Assembly: GCA_947475165.1 (NCBI GenBank)
Contig: CANJLD010000007.1
Location: 83,131-147,130 of the forward strand
Direction: 5' to 3'
From: Bacteroidota bacterium
Lineage (GTDB): Bacteria > Bacteroidota > Bacteroidia > Chitinophagales > LD1
Length of the DNA: 64,000 nt
Part shown: positions 63,200-64,000 of the stretch, in pieces
Position numbering within the stretch: the stretch's first letter is position 1
Layout of the letters: every line of letters begins with the position of its first letter
Made by a program: the position numbers and the translations under genes
Notes under the pieces: model-generated
Told to the model about the DNA's origin: nothing
What the model saw: the letters and a program-made list of their open reading frames with translations, nothing else
The model's database searches: none

Positions 63200-64000
63200 A
63201 TGAAAAGAATATTCTCTTTCTTTGTTTTTGCTTTCTCGCTGCAAATACTTTTTGCACAAAATCCTCCTGTAGCTGCCACCGATACTTATACTACCAACAA
63301 AAACAATTCGCTTTTTCTTTTTGTGCTGGCTAATGATTACGATTTAGATGGCGACCCGCTTACAGTTACACTTCTTGTCCCTTCGTTGCACGGAACTTCC
63401 GTTTCAACCGGAACAGGTTTTAATTACTCTCCGGCATTTAACTATGTGGGAATTGATTCTTTTAAATACCTTGTATGTGATACAACTAGTCGTTGCGATA
63501 CAGCAACGGTTATCATCAGCATTTCGGGAATTAATAATGCACCGGTGGCAAGTAACGATACGTTTGCGGTGTCTGAAAACTCGGTAACGTTTCTTCCGGT
63601 TACCGCTAATGATTATGACCCCGATGGCGACCCGCTCGCCATTACTATTCTTATCGGTGCGCAGCACGGCACTACTACTGTAACTAACGGCACTCAGGTT
63701 ATTTACACTCCCACACCTTTTTATTTCGGCACCGATTCATTCAGTTATATTCTTTGCGATACTTTCGGTTTGTGCGATACGGCTTGGGTATATGTGAACA
63801 TTAACGGAACGAATGCACATCCGGTAGCAGTAGATGACAATTTTAGTTTTGAAGATACACTGAACACTTCTTCGCTTGATGTGCTGGCAAACGATTACGA
63901 TGTAGAGAATGATTCGTTCTTTGTTGTTTCGGTAATTGATATTGACAGTAATAATAATCTCGGAACCCTCACCATCACGCCCACCGGTGAAGTTGTTTTT
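63200..64000 (+). CDS. Cadherin-like / Ig-like tandem-repeat surface protein (partial, continues beyond window)
   Basis: Absent from the ORF track because there is no stop in the window. ATG at 63200 gives MKRIFSFFVFAFSLQILFAQ (signal peptide). Repeats of about 95 aa follow, of the form NxPVAxxDT...LANDYDxDGDPL...GxDSFxYxxCDT. Confidence 0.75.
   Translation, partial: MKRIFSFFVFAFSLQILFAQNPPVAATDTYTTNKNNSLFLFVLANDYDLDGDPLTVTLLVPSLHGTSVSTGTGFNYSPAFNYVGIDSFKYLVCDTTSRCDTATVIISISGINNAPVASNDTFAVSENSVTFLPVTANDYDPDGDPLAITILIGAQHGTTTVTNGTQVIYTPTPFYFGTDSFSYILCDTFGLCDTAWVYVNINGTNAHPVAVDDNFSFEDTLNTSSLDVLANDYDVENDSFFVVSVIDIDSNNNLGTLTITPTGEVVF

Overview
The window looks like a Bacteroidota chromosomal segment. 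Supporting signs are T9SS type-B C-terminal sorting domains, SprB repeats, a PorT-like outer-membrane protein next to ubiE, a TAnnTTTG-type promoter, an L31 type B gene, and DUF3098 sitting between ftsX and uppP. It is densely packed with about 55 mostly housekeeping genes. These include the bioB-bioF-bioD-bioA operon, gcvP, ferritin, ubiE/menG, engB, rpmE2, a GlmU-like/tpiA/prmA cluster, queG, queA, ftsX-DUF3098-uppP-truB-ribF, holA, rpmI-rplT, lysC and fbp. Three very large secreted repeat proteins interrupt this background: a 1704-aa protein of unknown function, a 1475-aa LTD/CotH protein, and a 1623-aa SprB-repeat protein. The last two carry T9SS sorting domains. A cadherin-like protein starts at the right edge. 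I found no rRNA, tRNA, CRISPR array, transposase, integrase or recognisable defence operon. The features worth a second look fall into five groups. (1) Two unrelated arrays of strictly 21-bp-phased repeats, each unit containing a short inverted repeat, lie in otherwise gene-free spacers (39.2-39.4 kb and 59.6-59.8 kb). The second sits in a 780-bp gene-poor gap upstream of rpmI where infC would be expected. (2) Two families of short dispersed palindromic elements sit at gene 3' ends, and one copy supplies the stop codon of ubiE. (3) A histone-H1-like Lys/Ala/Pro repeat domain is fused to a DksA/TraR-like protein, next to an orphan amino-methyltransferase and an unannotated 48-aa basic ORF. (4) A tightly coupled four-gene unit encodes an ABC exporter, a ribulose-phosphate-epimerase-like/CBS fusion, a DAHP synthase and a PurM-like protein. 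(5) A translationally coupled trio of orphan SBP, UbiA-like protein and SGNH hydrolase lies upstream of the biotin operon. All functional calls come from motif recognition by eye, and no database search was run.
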